A stretch of 63,884 nucleotides of DNA, filler included, from Peribolospora baueri (lineage: Eukaryota), in assembly GCA_029717555.1 (NCBI GenBank). It is 11 parts of 11 records of this genome, joined end to end, with 100 filler letters (N's around TTAATTAATTAA, not from the genome) between each part and the next. Parts side by side here need not be neighbours in the genome. Positions count along the whole stretch, not along the records: positions 1 to 7,254 come from JAMDHS010000191.1; positions 7,355 to 14,338 come from JAMDHS010000192.1; 9 more parts are not named here. One strand, 5' to 3'. Shown here piece by piece: positions 1-10,616 of the stretch. Below the pieces are notes generated by a model. It was not told the DNA's origin. It was given only the letters and a program-made list of their open reading frames with translations, and did not search any database. The first letter of the stretch is position 1, and each line of letters starts with the position of its first letter. The position numbers and the translations under genes were made by a program.

Positions 1-1299
1 CCGACGTATGCAAATAATAAGTGATCGGCGGATGCTGCTTGCGCTGCCACCCCGGCAGACCGGGCCTTTCAGCACGCAGTGGTTGCACGCGAACGACTCG
101 TCGCACCCGCGCTCGTAGCTCTTTTGACAGGACGCGGTCAGACATGATCGTGAGCGCGAAAAGGTCAAGGAAATCGAGTTCGCAATCGACCCGGCGCTAC
201 TGGTACATGCACGATGTCAAGCTCACTGCCCGCCCGGTATATCGACCTCGCCGCTTTTTGGTGTGCCCGCCTCAGCCAGTTCTCCCACATCTGCCCCGCC
301 TGACGGGACGCCTGACTCGTCCCGACTGGCATCGCCCTTGCCCTTTCCCTTGTCCTTGCCCTTGTCCTTGCCCTTGCCCTCGCCCTTGCCCTCGCCCTCG
401 CCCTCGCCCTCGCTAGCCGACATGGCGGACTCTGTCGGACCATGCAAGTCGGCATCGCCTGGTGATGTGGACATCCACTGCACGTTCGTCTCCTCCCATC
501 TCCGCAGCTCTTCCGCTTCCTGCGCCCTCTTCTCCAGTTGCGCACGCCACTGCGCGGCGTCTCGCCGGACGCCCTCGTCCGTCCTTGCCTGGCCCTTGCG
601 CAAGAGATCGAGCTGCAACGTCAGCTTGGTCACTTGGTTCTGCAGCTGGCTCTGGCGCTGCTCGTACACGGCCTTCTGAGCCTTGAGCCCCGTGGTGAGC
701 TTGGCCTCGAGCGAGGCAATCTTCCTCTCCGACTCCGCCACCTCGCCGGCAGCGTTGGCAGCTGCGGTGGACGCCTCGCTGTAGCGGGCGCGGAAAAATT
801 CGAGGTCGTTGCTTGTGTTCTCCGCTTTGGCCGCCGCCGCTTGCGCCGCTTCCAGCTCCTCGCCCAGGCGGGTTAGCTTCTCTTCCGCAGACCGGAGCTC
901 CGTCTCCAACGCGCTGACCTGCTGACCCATCTTCTCCAGCTGTCCGCTCTGCTCCTCGCGTTGCTGTCTCTGCTCCTCGAGCTGCTGTTTCTGCTCCTCG
1001 AGTTGCTGGCTCTGCGCCTCGAGTTGCTGGTTCGCTCCCGTCGGCGCGATGCACGAGTCAGCGGCGGCGCAGTGTTCGGCAGCGATGTGAGCGAGGAGGT
1101 CTCGTGCTCTGGTAAAAGAGGCGGAGCAACCTTGCCAGCGACACGCATTGTCCAATATAGACCGCGATGTAGACTGCAACAGAGAGGGCGATAAAGATTG
1201 AGCTGAAACCGCAGCTTGCGCCCGTCCAAATTCTTCTTCCTGCGTGGCAGAGGTACCACCGCTTTCGCCCAGCTCTTGGGACCGGGACATGACGAGAGA

Positions 1300-1331
<32 letters not shown>

Positions 1332-3491
1332 GTTACTAACTGGATGTGGCAGAGTGGTGCGGGAGGTGAGACGATGGACGCACCTTCAGACCACTGCTTC
1401 TCCGCCTGCATCCTCAGCCCGATCGCCATCCTCTCCTCGCACACGAGAACGTCGAATTGCGGGATGAGCGGCTGAGCGAAGAGGATCAAACTTCCGTCAT
1501 ACTTTCTCTTCGACCCAGATGAAGAAGCCTGGTTCGAACCTAGCCGCTTTGACGGCGACCTGGGTATTCGCTCCAGCTCAAACACCCATTCGCCAGAGGA
1601 GAGCAGTCGTCGGCTCGTACGCGCCCCGGCTCCTTGCCTTGTCTCGCGGCCCACACCCGCATCAGGGTCTTCTACAAACTCTATCAGTTCCCGTTTCCAG
1701 GCCTCCGGTATGTATGCCGAGTCCCTGATGAGCCGCCTGAGCTTGCGGATGCTCGCCGGCGCGTATGGGTTCTGTGACATTTGCGTCGTCGTTGGCGATG
1801 CCGACCAAGAGCTAGGTGGCTCAGTGCGTCTTCGCGGCGACGGCGAGGGAGCGAGGTGAGGCGGGGAGAGATCCGCTAGTCCGATGTCAAGGTCCTCATT
1901 GTCGACAGGAATGGAAGGCTTCGTCCTGGAAGAGACGTCGGACGTGCTGACGATCGCGTCGCTCGTCCCCTTTCCGCCGTTAGATTCCTGCGTTTGCCTC
2001 ATCTGGAACGGCGGCGGACCCTTGGCGAGCGAAGGTCGGCTGGAAACCTCTTCAGTGACGGCCGGATCGACGCGCTTGCCGGCAGGTACGAAAAGCCGTT
2101 TCCTCTGAGGCGTCGGCGACGAAAAGTGGTCCACCGGGGAACTGTGCACTCGATCGTCCGCGTCTTCGCCATCATGGCCTGCCCGCGAGCCCTTGCCGTT
2201 GCCCCTCTTTCTTTTCCTTCCCGCACTGACGGCGGCGTTGGCCCCGGGCGCCGCGGGCGCGACAGGACGCTTGGGCACCCCGTTCCCGTAGAGTTCGCGC
2301 CCGGTCTGAGAGCTGAGGTACGGTTGGAAGACTTCGGCGCCGATTTGAGCGATCGGTTCCGCCGTTTTCGTCGTCCTTCCCTCTTCTTCAGCGCTGATGA
2401 CCCGGCCCTCCAGTCCGCCAATTCCGGCTTCGCCGAAGGGGGCGGCAAACCGGTTCGACTCGGCACTCTTATCCGCATCACCAAAGGAGCCGCCCTGAAC
2501 CTCTTCCGACAGTTGCTGAGAGTCGGAAACCAAGGACCTCTTCGATCCCAGAGACTCGTCATGCGAGCTTCCCGGGGCCGTGTCGTTGGCAGGCTGAGTG
2601 GCGCGAGCTTTCAAGTTGGCCACGGCATCCTCCTGGGGAGGTGGAGGCATGAGCTCCCCTCCAGGTAAGTTGTCGTCAGCATCAAAGAACTGGTCGTCAT
2701 CGTGCACGTGTTCGTCCGCCACAGAGCCTTCACGTTCGGCGACATCGACGGCCGGTGACCTTTTTTCCTTTTCCTTTTCCTTGCCCTTGCCCTTGTACGC
2801 CGTCTTTCGCTTCCCTCTCGGTGGGCCGACTTTGATAACCTCCACCTTGGGTGATTGGCGTCGCGGCGAGATGTCATCAGATCGAGCTTCGAACTCGCCT
2901 CCGACAGGAGAGGCGCGTCCTTCCGCATCGTTCGAATCCTCGGCGGCAAAGGCCGCGCCGAACGTCACGGTCGACGACCCGCGCCCACGCTGCGTCGCTG
3001 ACGTGGAAGCGCTTGCGCGACCTCCCTGAATGCCGGGGCGGAAAAAAAGGAGACGAATCAGTCGAAAGAAAGCCAGGATAAAGCGTTATGAGAAGAGCGC
3101 CGATCGCTTGACTCACCGCCCTTGACTTCCTGGCCGCCTTCTTGGCCCGTTTCTTCTCTTTCCAGTCCTGTACCAACGCGCGCGAACAGTCGGTTTTCTT
3201 GACCCACGTGTTCTCAAACGGCTTTCCGTCTTCGTCCACCCCCTTCCACTTGACGTAGTAATGATAAGCCTTCTCCCGCACGATCTCCTCCGCTTCAAAG
3301 TACTGAGATGACTGCTCGAGCGCGTGTTGGGACATGGCAAAGTCGGCGTCATACTGCGACGTGTCGAGCGTCTGGAGCGCCTGAGCCGTGGCCCCCGAAT
3401 CAACGCGTTCGCCGGATGGGCGGAAGGAGGAGTCGCTAGTGTCGGTGATAGGTAGTTCGAGAGAGGAAGGCAGCTCGGTGGTCGCCATCAC
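1..3491 (-). CDS. Chromodomain + long disordered region + C2H2-like finger + coiled-coil protein (Ccc1-like architecture), multi-exon, 3' end uncertain
   Basis: Exon 1 has a chromodomain YFEAEEIVREKAYHYYVKWKGVDEDGKPFENTWV. Donors GTGAGT at 3116 and GTGCGT at 1383. Exon 2 (3025-1384) is long and low-complexity. A later exon has CRWQGC..HIAAEH and a long heptad coiled coil (ORF 223-1290). Confidence 0.75.
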
Positions 3492-3781
3492 GCCGACCGC
3501 TCGACCGAATGAGGAGAGGGGCTCGTGCGTCCGTTGCCGTTGCTGTCGGCTGCGTTTTGTGGACTTCCCTGAGGACCGGAGGCACGTGACCGTTCCCTTG
3601 CCCCGAGCTCCCGACTTGCCGACCAGCGAGCGGATGGACGATCAGCTCCGTCATGCTCGAGCACAGGAGGATATAAGAAGTGGTGCTCGTCGGAGAAGGG
3701 AAGCATCCTCCTGGAGTAGCTCCTCGTCCTCTGGTCGCCTGCGTCGCCGGCTCCGACCATAGCGCCTGTCGGATTGCCACC

Positions 3782-5823
3782 ATGCGCACGTCTCTCGTTC
3801 GTCTTGCCCGTCTGACCAGCTCGGCCAGCGCACGTCCCGCACAGACGGCGACGTCGGCGATGGCCTCGAGGTCGGCGACCGCTGTGAGGTCCACTATGTG
3901 GATGGCCAGCCGAGCTTTTGCGAGGGTCCCCACGGCGACAACGCACTCTGTCTGCCCTTTAGTTCATTGGCGCCTCGTACACATGTCCAGACCATCCCTC
4001 TCCAGCCGCGCTGCCGCCGCCTCTGCTGTCCGACAGCCGACGGAGCTTCCCAGTTCCTCGTCGGGACCGTACATTCCTCCCGAGCCTTACGATCCCTCTC
4101 CGCTTCCAGGGACAGCGCCAGAGTACGAAAGACAACTCGTCCTCATCGTACCGCAGCCCGACTCGCGATGGCCTTCGCACGTGGACAGCGTCTCGCCCCT
4201 GGTCGCCGAGCTGGGGAGCAGGACGAAGCAGGGCGGCAGTCTCGAAGGGTGGTCCGTGAACGTGTCCACTCTTGAGCCGGAGGAGGAAGCCGCAGAACGA
4301 GGCGGCCACCGAGAAGCGGGAGCGGTGACGCGCGAGTGGGATCCACTGCGAAGCAAGTTTGATCGCGTCCTAAAGCTCGACGGTGGTGAGGAAGAGTCGT
4401 ACGACGCGTGGGTCTACCCGGACATGGTCCTTGTCCGAGGCGTTTCCCTCTCCTCCGCCCCGCAACTCGCAGCGACGTTCAGGGACAAGCCGGCGCCGCC
4501 CGCGAAATCGGTGTCCAGCGGCCTCTCCGACCCGATCTCCTCCTCTCTTCCGCTCGTGCTGGCGCCCGAAGACGAGGTGCTCCACGTCTATGTCTGCACG
4601 CACGGCTCGCGGGATTGCAGGTGCGGCGATGCGGGCACCGCTGTGATCAAGGCCATCAAGGCGGAGGCCGAGAGGGTAGAGACGGGGAGAAGGGTCAGGG
4701 TAAAAAACATAAGCCACGTCGGCGGACACAAGTTTGCTGCCAACGCGCTGGTGTGAGTCCTTTCTTTTCCTTTTTGTCGACCATTGTGAACGTCAAAACG
4801 TTGAGAATAACGGGCCGGTACTGAATTATTTCACTCGTCGCTTCGCAGCTATCCGATGGGGGATTGGTACGGCAACCTGCGTCCCTCCGACGCCGGCACG
4901 CTGCTTCAAACCGCCCTGAACGCCGTTTCGTCCTCCTCCTATTCCGCGGACCACCCGCACACCTCCCATCTCTCTCGTGGCGTGCTCTGGTCCAAATGGC
5001 GTGGGCGTATGGGGCTCAAGAAGGACGAGATGGTGGCCCTGTTCGAAGCCAACGCCGGCGGCAGCCAAGGCGAGGAGAAGGAAAAGCAGGGCGTGCTCAA
5101 GGCCAAGGAGAGGAAGGAGGCGGAGGCGGAGGCCAAGGGCGCGCCGGTAAAGGTGGCTTTTGTGACCTTTGAGGGCGACGAGATGGAAGTGGAAGGACGG
5201 GTTGGGGAAACGGTTATGGAGGTCGCGAAGAGACATGGATTGCCTAGCATCGAGGCGACGTGAGTCCTCGTCTCGTCGTTTCCCCTTTCTCGTCAGCTCC
5301 CTTCACGTATCATGTTGACCGACGTGGAAAGGCTGTGTGTGACCGCGACCGCGTTCCTGCCTGCAGATGTGGTGGAAACTGTGGTCAGTCCTTCTCTCTC
5401 GCACGCGTACTCCATCGCCCTCCTCCTCGTCCATCTGACCTGATCGTGTTCGTACACCATTCCTCTTCGCTCCACGTTCTGCGGCCGAAACAGAATGCGC
5501 GACCTGTCACGCCTACATCGGCCACCCCGCTCCTCAGTCGTGCTCTCCGCCGCTGCACCACCCGCTAGCGACATTCCTGCCCAAGCTGAGCGACGAAGAA
5601 GACGGTGGGTACCTCGGGTCGAGGCCGGTGGCGGCTGTGGACGACAAGCCCACAGAGAGAGAGCTCACGCGACCGACCGACCTGACCTTCCTACCCCACA
5701 GACATGCTGGAGTACGCCATCTCACGCAAGGCCTCCAGTCGTCTGACATGCCAGATCAAAGTCTCTGAAGCGCTCGGCCAGTGGGTCGCCCAGGGCGGTC
5801 GGATCTACCTGCCCCAGTTTTAG
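3782..5823 (+). CDS. Sucrase/ferredoxin-like (Aim32/Apd1-type) thioredoxin-fold 2Fe-2S protein fused to a C-terminal adrenodoxin-type 2Fe-2S ferredoxin
   Basis: Exons 3782-4752, 4849-5259, 5367-5383, 5494-5604, 5702-5823 with GT-AG introns give one frame. Motifs VCTHGSRDCRCG, SHVGGHKFAAN, DWYG, WRGRMG, then CGGNCECATCH...DMLEYA...RLTCQ. The Arg/Ser/Ala-rich N-terminus resembles a mitochondrial presequence. Confidence 0.88.
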
Positions 5824-5863
5824 AGTTTTTTTGCCGAAAAATGTACGCCGTTTTGAACGATCC

Positions 5864-6099
5864 AAAGACGAATTTTGGTTTCTCATGGTGCGACTTGGTA
5901 TATCTCCACCGCCCGCTCCGTCTCTCACCACGCCTCCCATTCGCCCTTCCGCCTCATGGGGACCTCTCATACCTCCTCCAAACTCTCCTCGCTCCAGTCG
6001 TAAAAGACGAATTTTGGTTTCACAAGGTGCGACTTGGTATATCTCCCGCCTCGTGGGGGGATCTTCTCATACCTCCTCCAAACTCTCCTCGTTCCAGTC
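5864..6099. repeat. Imperfect direct repeat (two copies) just downstream of the ferredoxin-fusion stop
   Basis: aaagacgaattttggtttc.ca.ggtgcgacttggtatatctcc...ctcatacctcctccaaactctcctcg.tccagtc at 5864-5999 and 6003-6099. Confidence 0.85.
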
Positions 6100-6410
6100 A
6101 CAAAAGCAGAGCTTGGTGAACCACACGCGCACGCGCTCGTGCCACGGTTGCTCCCACACGCGTTGCCTTCTCTCCCATTCGAGCTGCCCGCGGATGCGTA
6201 GGATCTCGGACTTGTTCTTTTCTGTCGTTCCCGGGGAGAAAGGAGGGCCAGAATGGGTGAGCGGCGCATGGGGAGGGGAAGCGGTCAGAGGAGAAGCGGC
6301 AAAGGCGTGTCACATCGAATGGGTGTTTCACTCACCTATGATTTGACGGAGCTGTTAAGAATAAAGCCGCGGAAGTGAAGGGGAAGGTTGGAGGGTGAAC
6401 ACACGGTCCT

Positions 6411-7024
6411 TCACAACTGGGCCACATTTACCTTGAACAGCTTATTACAGCCCTGCAAGCGTCATCGTCATTCGCACACTCACAGGCCACCAGTCCTTGT
6501 CCAAGTTCCTCCGCGCCTCGTCCTTGGCCTCTCCATCCGGCAAAGCGGTGTGCACCCGCGCCGTCTCGTCCTCGATGCTCTTTTCTAGCACCGCGATGCT
6601 CCGGCGGCATTCGGCGAGGCGGCGGCGGAGAACGTCGCACTGTACGAATGGGAGGGGGAAGATGGACGGTCGTCGACGAGGGACATAAGGTCAGACGACG
6701 AACACAGCGGCTTTCCTCCAGGCCGAGCCAAGTGTCGTGCTCGGACGTCCTCTCATCCGTGCGGTCCTTGCTCCCCTTTTGACAAAAACGCACCTGGGGA
6801 TCGGTGAGCCTGACGCCCTTGGCGCTCGCCTCCCACACATATGTCTCGGGCAGCTTCGACGCTCTCCTCTGAACACTCTCCTCGCTTTTGGCTGCCTTGG
6901 CCGCGGTGCTCGCCGAGGTGGGCTGGTCCTTGTCTTTGTGGTGGGCGTCGGAATGCGATTCCAGGGTGGAAGGGGAGCCAACGCCGGGGTGGGCGGGATG
7001 CGGAGAGGGCGAGGGCGAGGGCAT
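6411..7024 (-). CDS. Small multi-exon hypothetical protein
   Basis: ATG at 7024 (MPSPSPSPHPAH...LTDPQ), GTGCGT donor, then an exon reading CDVLRRRLAECRRSIAVLEKSIEDE...DKDWWP followed by a GTGAGT donor. No family recognised; 3' end approximate. Confidence 0.45.
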
Positions 7025-7254
7025 ATCGGTGGGTGAGCGAGGGGAGTGAAGGAAGGGAGAAGGGAAGGGAAGCGAGGCCGCCGACGCCAGCTGCCCGCTC
7101 TCTGCCCCTCCGTCCGTCCCTAAGCGCGCTTTTGGCAGACGAGGTGGTGAGAGGAGACGAACGCAGCAAGGAGCGCCAAAGGAAGCAAGCACAACCCCGG
7201 TCGACGCGCGCCCGCCGATCACTCACATACGGCGGAACCGATGCACCTCATCAA

Positions 7255-7354
7255 NNNNNNNNNNNNNNNNNNNNNNNNNNNNNNNNNNNNNNNNNNNNTT
7301 AATTAATTAANNNNNNNNNNNNNNNNNNNNNNNNNNNNNNNNNNNNNNNNNNNN
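7255..7354. other. Artificial contig-joining linker (first of ten)
   Basis: N44-TTAATTAATTAA-N44 (stops in all six frames). Identical linkers at 14339-14438, 20928-21027, 27129-27228, 33198-33297, 38898-38997, 44564-44663, 50137-50236, 55690-55789, 61159-61258. Contig lengths decrease monotonically. Confidence 0.99.
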
Positions 7355-7906
7355 GCAGTGAAGCAGCACTAGCAGCAGCTATTCAGTATCGAGATACTCA
7401 ATTTAGTGCTGCACTAAAGAAACAGGGTTTTATTAATTAATATATAAAACAAACCTTCTCCTCTCCAGCTCTAGTGCAAGTATCAAAGTTAGCTCCCTCA
7501 AAAAAGGAAGAACTCTACTAGGAGACAATACAAGAGTCTTTCGCGAGTCCAGATACAATAAAGCATAGATCAACGGTCGCATGTTATAACATGAAAACTG
7601 GGTGAATTGCAAGGACAACTCTTTTCTGTTTTTCAAGAAATCCTCTGGATAAAATGAATAAACGGGAGTCGACTTGCAGCAAAGTTTATCTTGGCATATA
7701 TTTTGAATTCCTAGTTTATTGGATACAAATATATTAAGATATAAATGTTCAACGACTAGAAGGTGAGTCATGCCAACAATAATCCTTCCACGAGAGCCCA
7801 GTAATCTATCTTAGTGAACAATTGTTATAAGGTAGATTGATGACATAGTCTGAACAATAGGGTGACCTATTGATGTAAGGATAAAGAGCCTTATACTAAC
7901 AAATTG
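7355..7906 (+). mobile_element. 3' part of a mitochondrial group I intron in cob, with the tail of an intron ORF (7357-7440)
   Basis: Core-like elements gaattgcaagg (P), gcagcaaag (Q), ttcaacgactag (R), gacatagtct (S). Ends in G at 7906 immediately before the cob exon c-gtt-cca-gag-tgg (I-V-P-E-W). Confidence 0.85.
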
Positions 7907-8264
7907 CGTTCCAGAGTGGTATCTATTACCATTCTATGCTATTTTACGATCTATACCTAATAAAGCATTAGGAGTAGTAGCTATGTTTTCATCATTATTA
8001 ATTTTACTACTTATGCCATTATTAGATACATCACGAATTAGAGGTAGTCAATTCCGACCATTAATGCGATTATCATTCTGGTTATTTGTAGCTGACTTTG
8101 TTATATTAATGTTTATTGGAGCAATGCATGTTGAATCACCTTTTGTAGAAATTGGTGCTACTGCTACAGCATTCTACTTTGCATGGTTTATTATAATTGT
8201 TCCAGTTATTGGAATAATAGAAAATACATTAATGGATATTGCATTAGATCAAAAAACAAATTAA
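7907..8264 (+). CDS. cob: Apocytochrome b, last exon (mitochondrial)
   Basis: [26 protein letters not shown]...[10 protein letters not shown]...IENTL; the PEWY motif is diagnostic. Confidence 0.97.
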
Positions 8265-8679
8265 TGTGCTGATTTTAGTCTTAAGACTAAAATAACGGCG
8301 CGTGTACTAATTTAAAATAAAGCGCGTGCTAAATTTTAAAAAATATATAATATTAGTAGTACTACTAATAGTAATCCTTTTAATAATCCCCTTCATTTTT
8401 ATTATTATGCTGGCAAAGCTCTTATTTATCTGAATTAAATTAGCCTTGGGCTGCGGAGCCACACCCACTTTTTTTTAAAATAATAGCTATAATAATTTAC
8501 TATATGCTAAGGGCGCGTGAAGTAATTATATTACTATTCATTATATTATAATATGGTTAAGAAATTTCGTATAAATAATATTATTATATAAGATATATTG
8601 TTAATAAATATTATATTTGTCTTTTATACACTATATATATATAAAAGAACTAACAGATTCAGTATTTATATATTAAATA

Positions 8680-8751
8680 GGGGGCATAGTACAATGGTTA
8701 GTATTTCGATGTTGCATATCGAAGATAGGGGTTCGATTCTCCTTGCCTCCA
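8680..8751 (+). tRNA. trnA: mt tRNA-Ala (UGC)
   Basis: GGGGGCA/TGCCTCC acceptor with G3:U70; anticodon stem TCGAT/ATCGA; TTCGA T-loop. Confidence 0.93.
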
Positions 8752-9000
8752 AAAATATATTATCGCTGTGTGGTTTTATGGCGAAATCTTTGATATTTTC
8801 TTTTTTTTTGTTTTTTTTTCTTTGAAAAAAAAAAGAAAAAAATAGCGAAATGTTTAAGTAGACAAACATATATTAAAAGGAAATATACATATTCATATAA
8901 TTAAATACTTATATAAGTAAGTATTATAAATCAGTTTGTATTTAAAATACTTATACATTCATAAGAGTATATATAATTAGTAATTAGTTTAATTTTATTG

Positions 9001-9074
9001 GCCTTAGTAGCTCAGTTGGTAGTAGCACGGAGTTGAAGTTTCCGGGGTCATGGGTTCAAATCCTGTCTAAGGCA
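9001..9074 (+). tRNA. trnF: mt tRNA-Phe (GAA)
   Basis: GCCTTAG/CTAAGGC acceptor; CGGAG-TT-GAA-GT-TTCCG anticodon arm. Confidence 0.93.
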
Positions 9075-9266
9075 TTAATTATATATTACTGTCTTTTTTA
9101 TTTTATATAAAAACAGGAGCAGTCTTATTTAAATAAATTAGCCGAAAACCATTAATAATAATACCAAATATACTTCCACTTTAATTTACGAATTAGTATG
9201 GCTACACCCCCCCACAATAATTTATAAGTGATCGCTCCGCAGAAAATGAAGCATTTATCTAATATG

Positions 9267-9350
9267 GAATGGGTGTCCGAGCGGTTTAAGGAGGGGAGCT
9301 GTAAACTCTTTGGTATATTTCCATCGCAGGTTCGAATCCTGCCTCATTCA
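9267..9350 (+). tRNA. trnY: mt tRNA-Tyr (GUA)
   Basis: GAATGGG/CTCATTC acceptor; CT-GTA-AA loop; long variable arm. Confidence 0.92.
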
Positions 9351-9489
9351 AATATAATTCGCTTTATGCTTTATCCTTATTTTTTAAAAGCTACGCATAA
9401 AATTAGCCGCGCTCCAAATCTTTTATTTTATTTATAAAAATAACACATTTTATGGCCGGCTACGCAGGCCAGGCCCCCCAGGCGCTAGT

Positions 9490-9562
9490 GAAATGGTACC
9501 TTAATTGGTAAAGGAAACTACTCATGATAGTTGATATGTGAGTTCGACTCTCACCTATTTCA
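9490..9562 (+). tRNA. trnM: mt tRNA with CAU anticodon (Met)
   Basis: GAAATGG/CTATTTC acceptor; AACTA-CT-CAT-GA-TAGTT anticodon arm. Confidence 0.88.
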
Positions 9563-9632
9563 TTATTTAATGATAATGAATTATTATTAATAAACTCAGC
9601 GATTCGCTGGCTCCGCCGTCGTAATAACTAAT

Positions 9633-9706
9633 TATCTGGTGGACTAATCAGGCAAGTCACTTTCTTTTGGTGGAAGCTTATGCAGGTTCGAATCCTGCCC
9701 AGATAG
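9633..9706 (+). tRNA. trnQ: mt tRNA-Gln (UUG)
   Basis: TATCTGG/CCAGATA acceptor; CTTTC-TT-TTG-GT-GGAAG anticodon arm. Confidence 0.92.
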
Positions 9707-9785
9707 CCTAATTATATTTTATATAAGTGAATATAATTTATGATAAAGGTATGTAGATCACCATAGTATATTCGTTATTTAATTG

Positions 9786-9856
9786 GACCTTTTAGTTCAA
9801 CGGTAGAACAACTGGTCTTCATTCAGTAAACGTTGGTTCAACTCCAACAAAGGTTA
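9786..9856 (+). tRNA. trnE: mt tRNA-Glu (UUC)
   Basis: GACCTTT/AAAGGTT acceptor; ACTGG-TC-TTC-AT-TCAGT anticodon arm. Confidence 0.9.
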
Positions 9857-10014
9857 CTAATAATTATTTATAATTATAAATATGATTTTATGTAATAAAC
9901 TCTTTATTACTTGTTTACTCTGGAGCTTTACCAGCGGAGCATTTAAATAAAGATAATTATGGTGCGTGGCTCCACCATGCGTAAAATATATTATATATAT
10001 TAGAGTAACATTTA

Positions 10015-10087
10015 GCCGAATTGGTGAAACTGGTTATCACGAATACCTTGTAAGTATTAAGAGTGGGTTCGAGTCCTACATTCGGCA
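10015..10087 (+). tRNA. trnT: mt tRNA-Thr (UGU)
   Basis: GCCGAAT/ATTCGGC acceptor; AATAC-CT-TGT-AA-GTATT anticodon arm. Confidence 0.92.
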
Positions 10088-10264
10088 TAATTATGCTATT
10101 TGTTAGTACACTGGGTTATCAATTAATATTCATTTTATGGTCGTGCCTGCCTTATTATAAAAATTGGCTGGGTGTTATAAATATCCTATATATAATATAT
10201 TATTATAAAATGTATGGATTTATTAGTGTATACACCTAAAAGATATACTTCTATCTTAAATAAA

Positions 10265-10335
10265 TTTGTCCTAGTGGAGTTGAACCACTTCGATGTTTTT
10301 ATCGGAAACACATTCTACCGTTAAATTAAGGACAA
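10265..10335 (-). tRNA. trnI: mt tRNA-Ile (GAU)
   Basis: Reverse strand: TTGTCCT/AGGACAA acceptor; TGTTT-CC-GAT-AA-AAACA anticodon arm. Confidence 0.9.
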
Positions 10336-10616
10336 TTAATATTATAACGCGCGCAGCGCACCCTATTTCAAACCACATGTAGATTCCTGCACCATGCAAG
10401 CCTCTTTTGTTGTTAGCTCTTATTACAGAAAAAGTTTGGTTCCGCTTCAGTTAAACTAGTTACAAACCAAGGATTTAGCAACTCATCATTATTTTTCTTT
10501 TTTCTGCATGCTGGAAGTAATTAAATGATACTAATTTTTATTGTAACGATTTAAAAGGGGTTTATTGAATATTACTGTTAATAAAGAGTTTCCTATTGTT
10601 AAAGGATTGTATTTAA

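Noticed and set aside
325..412. (ccttgc/cctcgc)n hexamer run giving PCPCPC or ARARAR ORFs
   Set aside because: It is a low-complexity coding stretch (EGEGEGKGKGKDKG) of the minus-strand chromodomain gene.
7255..7354. Recurring TTAATTAATTAA motif and any gene neighbourhood spanning it
   Set aside because: It is an assembly linker. Adjacency across linkers (e.g. NLR next to LIG4, mtDNA next to nuclear genes) has no biological meaning.
9786..9856. C instead of U at position 33 in tRNA-Glu, or reading it as tRNA-Trp(UCA)
   Set aside because: Stem pairing fixes the anticodon as TTC, and a similar TCTTCAT loop occurs in other fungal mt tRNA-Glu genes as I recall.
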